DNA of 61,866 bases, filler included, from Squatina squatina (lineage: Eukaryota), in the NCBI GenBank assembly GCA_031763465.1. It is 4 parts of 4 records of this genome, joined end to end, with 100 filler letters (N's around TTAATTAATTAA, not from the genome) between each part and the next. Parts side by side here need not be neighbours in the genome. Positions count along the whole stretch, not along the records: positions 1 to 15,399 come from JARFOE010000046.1; positions 15,500 to 31,917 come from JARFOE010000013.1; 2 more parts are not named here. One strand, written 5' to 3'. Positions within the stretch are counted from its first letter, which is position 1. Every line of letters starts with the position of its first letter. The notes below the pieces were generated by a model, which saw only the letters and a program-made list of their open reading frames with translations, did not search any database and was not told the DNA's origin. The position numbers were made by a program, and so were the translations under genes. Below, piece by piece: positions 14,690 to 24,560 of this stretch.

Positions 14690-15399
14690 CTCCTTCTTCT
14701 TCTTAGGCAGTCCCTCGAGGTCAAGGGTGACTTGCTTCCACTCTGGTATTGTGGGATCTGAGAACAGTCCTATCCGGGATTCACAAACTCACAGGTGGGG
14801 CAGGTGGTATTTGATGGGGCGAGTGGTTGGGATGCTCCTTCCGCTGCCTGCGCTTGGCCTCCACGTGCGCCAGCCTGAGAAGCTCAAAATGGCTGGCGCC
14901 TTCGCGGGTGCTTCTCCAGTTCGGGCGGTCTTGGGCCAGAGATTCCAATGAGTCAGTGGGGATGTCACATTTTTTCAGGGAGGCTTTGAGGATGTCCTTG
15001 AAGCACTTCCCCTGCCCTCCTGATAATCATTTGCCGTGACAAAGCTTGGAATAGAGTGCTTGTTTCGGGAGTTTTGAGTCGGCCATGAGTGGACAATGTG
15101 GCCCACCCATCGCAGCTGGTTGAACTTGACCAGTGCCTCAACGCTGGGAATGTTGACCTGAGAAAGGACACTGACATTGGTACACCCATCTGCCAGTACA
15201 ATTGCAGGATTTTGCGGCGGCAACATTGGTGATACTTCTCCAGTGCTTTGAGGTGTCTACTGTATATTGTCCACGTCTCCGATGCATATAGGAGGGCAGG
15301 TATCACTGGTGCCCTGTAGACCATGAGCTTGGTGCCGGGTTTGAGGTCCTTATCTTCAAACACTTTTCCTCAAGCGGCCGAAGGCTGTGCTGGCACACT
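14690..15399 (-). mobile_element. RTE-clade LINE 3' fragment
   Basis: TKLMVYRAPVIPALLYASETWTIYSRHLKALEKYHQ and NQLRWVGHIV motifs typical of the RTE C-terminus, frameshifted; (GAA)n-like tail near 14690-14703. Confidence 0.88.
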
Positions 15400-15499
15400 N
15401 NNNNNNNNNNNNNNNNNNNNNNNNNNNNNNNNNNNNNNNNNNNTTAATTAATTAANNNNNNNNNNNNNNNNNNNNNNNNNNNNNNNNNNNNNNNNNNNN
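15400..15499. other. Artificial scaffold linker (44N + TTAATTAATTAA + 44N)
   Basis: 12-mer at 15444-15455 gives stops in all six frames; identical layout occurs three times in the window. Confidence 0.97.
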
Positions 15500-15620
15500 T
15501 GCTGCTGCCTTTCCCTACATTACAGTAGTGACTACGCTTCAAAAGTACTTCATTGGCTATAAAGAACTCTGGCACGCCCGGTCATGAAAGGCGTTATATA
15601 AATGTGCGGTCTTTCTTTCT
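15500..15620 (+). mobile_element. DeuSINE/SacSINE1-like SINE 3' tail
   Basis: Matches the 3' part of the longer copy at 23470-23985 (CCTACATTACA..AAAGTACTTCATTGG..TCATGAAAGGCG.TATATAAAT). Confidence 0.8.
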
Positions 15621-15654
15621 TATTCTCTAATCTAATACTTTTTTTAAAAAAAAA

Positions 15655-15860
15655 ACAACTTGCATTTATATTGCACCTTTAATGAAGCAAAACATGACAA
15701 GGCACTTAACAATAGCTTTCTCAATAAAAATTTGACACCGAGCCACAGACGGAGATATCAGGACAGATAACCAAAAGCTTGGTCAAAGAGATAGGTTTCA
15801 AGGAGCATCTTAAAGGAGGAGAGGTAAAGAGGCAGAAAGGTTTAAGGAGGAAATTTAAAC
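15655..15860 (-). mobile_element. L2-like LINE 3' end
   Basis: Similar to copies at 21405-22182 and 53530-53887 (AAATTTGACACCGAGCCAC..CCAAAAGCTTGGTCAAAGAG..GGAGCATCTTAAAGGAGGAG). Confidence 0.7.
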
Positions 15861-17410
15861 TTAAGGCTCTTCAAGAATACCTCCCAACAATAAAATTATT
15901 CAACATCAAGAAAGAAGTTTTGCAGATTTGTAGATAGATTNNNNNNNNNNGATTTTATTTCTGACAATCTAGTTTAAGCTGGCATAATAGCTCACTAACT
16001 GTCAATCACTGATTGGGTACAAAAATCTCTCATTACCTTTCCTAACATTTTCCGAACTATGGACCACTAGTTTGAGGTTGCAGAATTTTTAGTAATAATA
16101 ACAGGGCTACAGAACCAAACCTTCCAAGTCCTTTCAACATATGCTTATAAAAATAGCCTGTCCATCAAATTAATAATGTCAGACATTAAAGGAAACATTT
16201 TGCAAAGGCTGAGTACCCTTAATGGGGAGGCCCAACGAACAGCAGTAGAAAGTTAGCCTGNNNNNNNNNNNNNNNNNNNNNNNNNNNNNNNNNNNNNNNN
16301 NNNNNNNNNNNNNNNNNNNNNNNNNNNNNNNNNNNNNNNNNNNNNNNNNNNNNNNNNNNNGAGAAGGGCAGCTCAGGAGACAGAGAAAAATAATTTCGAA
16401 AATGGTGCTCTGAAATAAATTTAATGCAAAGAAAATAATATTGCATAAAATATTTGAACAAATAGATTTGACATATCCCTTCCCAAAAAAGGGGGAGCGG
16501 GGGGGGAAAAGGAAAGAAGTCAAGCATTGGCAAGAATCAGTCATTAGCCTCTGGGGATGTGCATACCACTGGATAATTTGTCCAAACGTCATAAGCAATT
16601 TTCCAAACTCAAACGTTAACCAAGAGTTTTAAAACATCTGTAACAAATACTTATGTTTAGAGTTTTCTACTTTGTTGACCTTTGATCCAACACTGTATGC
16701 GGCACTAAATTCAAGTTCAAATTTTCTCTACGAGGAGGAAACCTGATCTTTATGCCAGTAGCCATCTGTATGGTACAAGATCAAACGTTGGTTCTGTAAT
16801 GTTCAAAGTCATATGTTCCAAATCTATTTCTGCTGCCTGTATATTTATCTATAATTGGCTTCACCAAAAATGGGCTTCTCTTGGGACATCTGGCCTTGAA
16901 ACATTCACCTTCACACTGAAGTACTCAGTATCCCAAAAAGGGTTTTTTNNNNNNNNNNNNNNNNNNNNNNNNNNNNNNNNNNNNNNNNNNNNNNNNNNNN
17001 NNNNNNNNNNNNNNNNNNNNNNNNNNNNNNNNNNNNNNNNNNNNNNNNCTAAAAAAAAAAGCACGACTTAGAAATCAATGCATATTAACAATCTTTATAC
17101 ATATAGAAGAACCTGTATATAAACTTCTATTATAATGGAATATTTTTCCACGTGCAAATTACAAATTAGGTTATTTTAATGGCTAATCTTGTGTTCAGAG
17201 ATTACTCACAAATGTATCCTTTTTTGTTTAGAGAGGGCACTTGAATAATGTACTATTGTTGGATCAGGAACGTGTTTGAAGAACCCTTGTGCAGTGATTC
17301 AGGATTTGTGTAAAACCTTTTGTTTAGATGTGGTTCTGAGATTAAAGATGATTGTGATGATAGCACAGGGGCACTCTTTAAATTAATCTTTGGTCAGTTT
17401 TTATTCTTAC

Positions 17411-17803
17411 CTTTGTAACATAAAGGTCTTTTCTTTTTGTTACAGTTGATGTCATTCCATTTCCCTGCATCACTTTGCCTCTTTATATACATTTCTACAC
17501 AGTCTTCTTTCCCATTTTCTCCTTCATTATTAGGTTCACCACGAGCCCAGTTCTCTGCCTCTTTGTTGAGTGGCTTATCCGTACCAACCCAGGTCCAAAC
17601 GCCATGTAGCTTCCTTATTCCAATCCAGTAGTAATATTGTGCAAAAGGTAGGATATCATTCAAATACTTATTTTCTTCTGTATTCTGGATTGCAACTAGA
17701 TCTGTGTATGTATTTTGACAGAAATGTCTTGCATCTTTCCAGGACATATTTTTTTCAGTATGGTGATAGGTCCAACCATGGATGCCTTCTAGATGCATTA
17801 GTT
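17411..17803 (-). CDS. Selectin (E/L/P-selectin family) C-type lectin domain exon
   Basis: 393-nt phase 1/1 exon between acceptor TTTTCTTCACAG and donor AAG|GTAAGA; [75 protein letters not shown]. Paralogue not assignable; other exons not seen. Confidence 0.95.
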
Positions 17804-18853
17804 CTGTGAAGAAAAGGAGAATTCTGATGAATGATACTGGTGAGTACGCTTCCCACTGTTTGAACCAATTTGCTTCCCTACTTCCATGTTTCAATTTGTA
17901 CCAAATGCATCTGGAGCAATACAAAGATCAAGAATGATGTATAAACTGGAATATAAATAATTTGTTAATCATTCTGAAGCCAGCATACTGGCCAAAGAGC
18001 ATTAGCCCCTCAAAAGGTAGAATTGTACAGACCCAATTTGCTAACTTATTCATGGTAGAATAATTTCTCAAATTCCAGTATTTAAAATGCCTTCCAGTGC
18101 TCCTACCTTTAAAACACTAACTTCAGAGAAAAAAAATGGCCAATTTTACAATACTCCCTCTGAACACTTATAGCCGAGAGGTATTGATCCAAAAATCAAT
18201 CAGGAAAACTCCGAAAGGTCAGTTACACCTCCATACTTCTTTTTAAAATCCAACCATAAATAACTGAAAATGGAAAAATCTTTCCTTCGATTTGTTATGC
18301 GTAGCTAATCTGGTTTGCCCCCCACCTCTACCCCCAACAGTGCAAAGCAAACTAGGAGGTCACAAAAGGTCAACTAACTATAAACTGGTCTGTTAAGTAG
18401 ACTTTGCACTATAATGGAGGGGATTACCAAGTGTGTTCAAGGACCAATAAATCTGAAAACTAACGGCTCCAAGCATCACTGACCAGCCATTCTCAATAAG
18501 GCCATACTAATGTGGACAGTCAGAAATTTACTGTGCAAGTCAAGTGTCCATTAACTTCATACATCACTGATGTTCATTCAAGCATCTGAAATCAAGTCTG
18601 TACCTGCTCCAGCACATCAAGCTTTAGTTCCAGCTTGCTGAGGACCACATCGCCTCCCCATAGTGACAGCTGAAGATCAGATGGCTTCAGATTCTTGATG
18701 TAACGATTTATATAGCTCATCAAGATCGGAGTCACATAGGACTCTAACATTCTNNNNNNNNNNNNNNNNNNNNNNNNNNNNNNNNNNNNNNNNNNNNNNN
18801 NNNNNNNNNNNNNNNNNNNNNNNNNNNNNNNNNNNNNNNNNNNNNNNNNNNNN

Positions 18854-19234
18854 TATGTTCTTAAAGAGTTGTCATTTTATTCTGCTTTTCCCGGTAGGCG
18901 CAGCAACCAAAAAAAAAATATTTTGACAGTCTCTGTTAGAAACAAAAAGTACTAAAGGTGAAATGATAAAAGGCATTTATTTTTTTATTATTCACATGCT
19001 TTCAATTTCTCTCAGTTGCTGATTCCAAATATAACAGGTTAAAAAAAAAACATTTTATGTACACAAAGCTTTTGCTTGAACAGGAATATGTATAAAACAA
19101 TTGAATTACATGAATGCGGCTATTTTGTCTGTACATTTTTTTTTGGTGGGTTATTTATTTATTTATTTATTTATGTACAACTATTCACAGCAAATTCAAG
19201 TAAAGGCGGAGTGGCTTGAGTTGTGTCGCTTCGC
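18854..19234 (-). other. OSR2: OSR2 3' UTR (AT-rich)
   Basis: Directly follows the OSR2 stop; contains a (TAAA)n tract at about 19151-19174 and further AATAAA hexamers on the minus strand. 3' end not determinable. Confidence 0.65.
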
Positions 19235-19417
19235 TCAATATTCCGCCCGGGGAGTGTGAGTTAGGCTGTGCCGCCGCAGGTCGCAGTTACGCCGGAACAC
19301 TTTACCACACTGCTCGCAATTGTAGGGCTTGATGTCTGTATGGGTAAGAAGGTGAGTTTTCAAGTTACTTCTTTGATTAAAGGTTCTTCCGCATGTGGGA
19401 CATTTGTGGGGAGATTC
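19235..19417 (-). CDS. OSR2: Odd-skipped related 2, last coding exon (C2H2 zinc fingers 4-5)
   Basis: Not in the ORF track. Acceptor CAG at 19420-19418, then ESPHKCPTCGRTFNQRSNLKTHLLTHTDIKPYNCEQCGKVFRRNCDLRRHSLTHTPRAEY-stop, nearly identical to the long-isoform OSR2 C-terminus; lies divergent to STK3 as in mammals. Confidence 0.95.
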   Translation of the reverse strand, partial: ESPHKCPTCGRTFNQRSNLKTHLLTHTDIKPYNCEQCGKVFRRNCDLRRHSLTHTPRAEY

Positions 19418-20069
19418 CTGTTCAGATTTGAAGCAAGCAAAGGATTAATTGCTTAAAAAAGAACACTACTTTGATCTCCTTTTATTTTTTACAGAGAGTT
19501 GCCCAGAGCCGTGGAATAACCGTGTACTATATATATATAAATTTATTGTCATTTTTTTTTAAATCAACCATTAACTGTTTATTGTTAATTAGAATCGCTA
19601 TTAAAAAATGCAAGCAAAAAAAAAAGATGCCTAATGACAGATTTAATGCATTTTCCAAACACGGATCGACATTTTTATAAATAACTTGTGGTCTGAGCAA
19701 AACTGCTCAAAAATAATCCCACNNNNNNNNNNNNNNNNNNNNNNNNNNNNNNNNNNNNNNNNNNNNNNNNNNNNNNNNNNNNNNNNNNNNNNNNNNNNNN
19801 NNNNNNNNNNNNNNNNNNNNNNGCCTCAGAGTTAGTTACAGTACATCAATGGGATTTCTTTTGTCTGAAACTGCTTGACCCTTTCCATTTAAGTTCCTGA
19901 CCGATTTGCAGAAAATAGAGACAGTAATTTTCTATTTAATATAATATTATTTTTATTTCATACAGTTCTGCTCAGTCAAATGTTTTGTCCCAACTTGAGA
20001 TCAATTGGATCTCTACTTACTCTTGCAACTTATGAAATATAGTATTGTGTTTAGGAAATTTTAAATCTC

Positions 20070-20330
20070 TCATAGAATCATCGAAATTTACAGCACAGAA
20101 GGAGGCCGCTCGGCACATCGTGTCTGTGCCGGCCGACAGAGCTATCCAGCCAAATCCCATTTTCCAGCTGTTGGTCCAGAGCCCTGTAGGTTACGGCGCT
20201 TCAAGTGCATATCCAAATACTTTTTAAAAGTAATGAGGGTTTCTGCCTCCACCACTTTTCCCACCTTTTCAGGCAGTGAGTTCCAGACCTCCACCATCCT
20301 CTGGGTGAAAAGACTTCTCTCCTCAACTCA
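20070..20330 (-). mobile_element. CR1-type LINE/SINE 3' UTR fragment
   Basis: CATAGAATCATCGAAATTTACAGCACAGAAGGAGGCC..CGGC tail and GGCAGTGAGTTCCAGACC motif, shared with copies at 24386, 35150, 57490 and 61730. Confidence 0.75.
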
Positions 20331-21404
20331 CCTCTAGTAAAGAATGTGAAATAGTATCAGACCATTGAAAGAAATATTTTTTTTCTTCCCTGAACATCAA
20401 AGTGGTGGCAGTCCAGGTGCTAAATAAAAGTGAAACCTTTATATACTGCAGAGACCTTCCAACTGGGGAACTTTTGTCAAGCAAGGTGACTGCAATGGGC
20501 TGGAATCCTTTCCCTGCCATTACAGTTCACATGGCGGTTGATGCTTCTTTTTGACAGCGAGGAAGAGGCCACATTATGTGGAAAATTGTGAAATAATTCA
20601 GTTCTATAATTTGTGTTCTTACTGGAAAAAGGGCCTTGTAGCTATTGTCTTTACTTTCCATACAGAGCACAGGGTTGAACTTAAAAAAAAATCTATTAAA
20701 CAACAGTTCTATAAGCAATATCATAAGAGAATAGAATGAGACATGGGTGTTTTTCATAAAGAAAACACAGGATATATCTTTGGATAGAAGCCCAGATAAT
20801 TATTTAGTAGATTAATATAGTAGATGAAGGCTGCAGAACAGATGGGGTGACATAGTTGAAGTTATGGAAATTCAGAGTTTCCAGATGGATAGAATTTGTC
20901 TTCTTAATTTTTCAGGTGATGGCTAATTCAGTCCTTCATGACCCCCTTTTCAATTGGAGTGAAGAAAAAAGCCCAGATATTTCCAGTAGGTTGTGGTAAT
21001 TCGTTGGCTACAATTAAAAGAATACAGTTCAGAGGAAGAAACAAAAGAGACAGATGTTTGGTTTGAATTGTGTGGTTTCTATAATTCCTCTTGTATTAAG
21101 TAAAAAATCATGTGAGTTTGCAATCAAGATAATGGTTCTGCTGAGTATCATGTTGCTGTGACCACTTGGTGACCGTACTTTTAATAGTGACTTAAGGCAC
21201 TGATGCAGCAATCATTAGTTGTGAAAAAAAGTGTTTGTTTTTCCATATAATTCATTTAAAAAATGTTTTTTAAGTAAATGCCTGNNNNNNNNNNNNNNNN
21301 NNNNNNNNNNNNNNNNNNNNNNNNNNNNNNNNNNNNNNNNNNNNNNNNNNNNNNNNNNNNNNNNNNNNNNNNNNNNNNNNNNNNGTGCATATTACATAGA
21401 ATTT

Positions 21405-22182
21405 ACAACAAGCAACAAATTGTATTTATATAGTGCCTTTAACGTAGTAAAACGTCCCTAGACGCTTCCACAGGATCATTCTCAAACAAAATGTGACACT
21501 GAGCCACATAAAGGGACATGAGGGCAGGTGACCAAAATCTTGATCAAAGAGGTAGGTTTTAAGTAGTGTCTTAGAGGAGTAGAGGTAGAGGCGCAGAAAG
21601 GTCTAAGGAGGCAATTCCAGAGCTTAGGGCCTTGGCAGCCGACGGCATGGCGCCAATAGTGAAACGATGTAAATCAGGAATGCTTAAAAGGCCAGAATTG
21701 GAGGAGCACTGTTATTTCGGAGAGTTGCAGGTCTGGAGAAAGTTACAGAGTAGGGAGGTGCGAGGCCATGATGGGATTTGAAAACAAGGATGAGAATTTT
21801 AAAATCAAGGCATTGCTTGACCGGGAGCCAATGTAGGCCAGCGAGCACAGGGATGATGGGTGAACAGGCCTTGGTGCGAATTAGGATACTAGCAGCAGAG
21901 TTTTGGATGAGTTTAAGTTTATGGAGGGTGAAAGATGGGAGGGCGAAAGATGGGAGGGCAGCCTGGAGAGCGTTGGAATAGTCAAGTCTAGAAGTAACAA
22001 CAAAGGCATGGATGAGGGTTTGAACAGCAGATGAGCTGAGTCAGGCGATGTTGCAGAGACGGTAAAAGGCGGTCTTGGTGGCACGGCTATGTGGTTGGAC
22101 GCTCATTGAAGTCAAATACGACACCAAAGTTGTGAACAATCTGGTTCAGCCTCAGACAGTTGCCCGGGAGAGGGATGGAGTC
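21405..22182 (-). mobile_element. L2-like LINE, 3' ~780 nt, decayed ORF2 C-terminus
   Basis: Minus strand gives L2-type FHLxNIARLS..ETLIHAFVxSRLDYSNALxA..LKLIQNSAA-like motifs with frameshifts; TTG-rich tail. Confidence 0.82.
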
Positions 22183-22721
22183 TCTCAGTACTTGGAGCTG
22201 GGTAGTAGTGTCTCACAGGGTTCTGTTCACGATATACACAAATAATTTGGATACAACACTAATGGGAGTGGTGCAAATGTGAGGTGATACTTTTTTTTAA
22301 ATGAATGTAAAACTATACTCGCATAAACTTGTATGTTAATAACCAAATAACCGTAGTGGATTAATTAGACTTTTATTTTATTTTGAACAAACTTTAAACT
22401 TATCTGATCAAACCAAACCTGAAGCATAATAGTGACATTAAACAATGCGGCAGGGTAGTTGTTATCAGTGCACTGTTCTATACAAAGGGTGAACTAGGAC
22501 TGAATAGCATTGTGCGAAACCTCTGGTATTTGTATGCTGGGGAATAAGGTGGATGCCTGGTAGGTCAGTAGTACTGTGGACAAAGCTGTTGAGGTGCAAG
22601 GAGGGGAACAGGACTGGCTGTCCCAGCTATCTATGGCTCATCTTAAAGGGAGTCGGGGAGTATTTGTGTGAATATCGGGAAAGTTATGATTTTTAACACT
22701 AATTTTGTGCTTTTTTTTCAG

Positions 22722-22836
22722 TGCTTATGTAGTGAATTACTATGGCAGTTATTTTAAAAATACAGACCTCTGGATAGTTATGGAATATTGTGGAGCTGGG
22801 TCCGTGTCTGATATTATCCGACTACGAAACAAAACA
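22722..22836 (+). CDS. STK3: Serine/threonine kinase 3 (MST2/Hippo) internal exon
   Basis: 115-nt exon, acceptor TTTTTTTTCAG, donor ACA|GTAAGT; (S)AYVVNYYGSYFKNTDLWIVMEYCGAGSVSDIIRLRNKT. Confidence 0.95.
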
Positions 22837-23469
22837 GTAAGTGTATTAAGTTTATTAACATAATGATTAAAGTAATATAACTGAAATGGGGATTTTGTTT
22901 CCTTTGCAGAACTTTGAAAGGAGTGGTGACTTTATTGAGTGACAAATCAGAGGAACTTTTGCTTTAGCCTGTTTTTTGCAAAATTATATTTTGTGATTAT
23001 GTCGATTAAATCACAGCTGTTCTGAAATGGAATAACGTTCCTTGTAATCCACTGTTGAAATAACTTACTTGCACACATTGGATATGTGTGCAGGATGATT
23101 GCTGTTTTATTTTGGCAGGTCAGAATTTACAGGCAATATGTGGTAAAGATGGCTTTAAAAAAAAAATTCAAGACCTTTTTCAAGGATCCTGGTTGAAAGC
23201 AGGAGAAACATTCAATATTACAGTGCCCTCTTCTGATTTATATTTGCCATTACATTTAGTTTAAATATTGCAAAAGTTTTGTGGAATGTCTTTGTTTTGC
23301 TCGTAAATCACAAATTGTTTACATCAATCTGCAATTTTGTGAAACTATTCTTGTAGCCTTCTACCCTTTTTAAAAATGATCACAGATGATTTTGTTTGAC
23401 CTGAACAGTGTTTTGTTTCTATTTGAAGGAAAATAGCTTTTTTAAACTGAGTGTGCGCTGAATGCAGCA

Positions 23470-23985
23470 CAGGGAGGGTCAGCTTGACAGTCCGAGGATG
23501 TCCCATTCCAGAGACTTGAGCACAAAATTTAGTCAGTACTGAGGGAGAAAAAAAGAGCGAGGGAAGAAAGAAAGAGCGAGGGAAGGAAGAAAGAAAGAGC
23601 GAGGGAAGTTGGCAAGAAAAAAAGGAAAGAGCGAGGGAAGAAAGCGAGACTGCACTGTCAGAAGTGCTGTCTTTCAGATGAGACGTTAAACCGAGGCCCT
23701 GGCTGCTTTCTCAGCTGGAGGTAAAAGATCCTACAGGCAATATTTGAAGAGGCACAGTGGAGTTCTCCCTGGTGCCCTTACCAATATTTACCCCTCAATC
23801 AACATCACTAAAACAAATTATCTGGTCATTATCACATTGCTGTATGTGGGATCTTGTTGAGTGCAACGTGGCTGTCGCGTTTCCTACGTTACAACACAGA
23901 CTACATTTCAAATGTACTTCATTGTCTGTAAAGCGCTTTGGAATGTCTTGAGGTCATGAAAGGCGCTATAGAAATACAATTTCTT
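23470..23985 (+). mobile_element. DeuSINE (SacSINE1/AmnSINE1-like) near-full-length copy with internal insertion
   Basis: Deu-domain-like GCTGTCTTTCAGATGAGACGTTAAACCGAGG and tail GTAAAGCGCTTTGG..TCATGAAAGGCGCTATAGAAAT; GA-rich insert at about 23548-23648. Confidence 0.8.
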
Positions 23986-24285
23986 TCTTCCTTCCCTCGT
24001 TCTTTCTTTCTTTTTGTCTTTCTTCCTTCCTTTCCTCGCTTCTTTCTTTCTTCCTTCTCTCGCTCTTTGGCTTTTTCTTCCATCCCTCGCTCTTTCCTTT
24101 CTTTCTTTCTTTCTTTCTTCCCTCGTTCTTTCTTCCCTCGTTCTTTCTTTCTTCCCTTGCTCTTTCTTTTCTTTCTCTCTTTCTTTCTCTCTTTCTTTCT
24201 CTCTTTCTTTACTCGCACTTTCTTTCTTTCCTTTCTTTCTTCCTTCCATCACTCGCTCTTTCTGTCTTTCTTTCTTCCTTAGTTC
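23980..24285 (+). repeat. Complex (TTTC)n / CTTCCCTCGYTCTTT pyrimidine microsatellite, SINE tail expansion
   Basis: About 300 nt almost entirely C/T; source of the spurious K/E/R- and F/S/L-rich ORFs. Confidence 0.95.
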
Positions 24286-24385
24286 NNNNNNNNNNNNNNN
24301 NNNNNNNNNNNNNNNNNNNNNNNNNNNNNNNNNNNNNNNNNNNNNNNNNNNNNNNNNNNNNNNNNNNNNNNNNNNNNNNNNNNNN

Positions 24386-24560
24386 TCCTCATCTAACTCT
24401 ATCAGCCTAACCCTCTAGTCCCTTCTTCCTCATATGCCTATCTAGCCTCCTCATAAATGCATCTATACTATTCGCTTCAACCACTCCCTGTGGTAGCAAG
24501 TTCCACATTCTCACCACTCTCAGGGTACAGAAGTTTCTTCTGAATTCCCTATTTGATTTC
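24386..24560 (-). mobile_element. CR1-type 3' UTR fragment
   Basis: CAACCACTCCCTGTGGTAGCAAGTTCCACATTCTCACCACTCT motif shared with the other CR1 3' fragments. Confidence 0.7.

Noticed and set aside
17804-17924. N-terminal extension of the selectin ORF
   Set aside because: Upstream of the splice acceptor, so intronic read-through; the same applies to 41623-41692 for ESRRG.
19268-19456. Plus-strand 62-aa ORF
   Set aside because: Antisense shadow of the OSR2 zinc-finger exon.
23908-24418. K/E/R-rich and F/S/L-rich ORFs
   Set aside because: Translations of a CT microsatellite.
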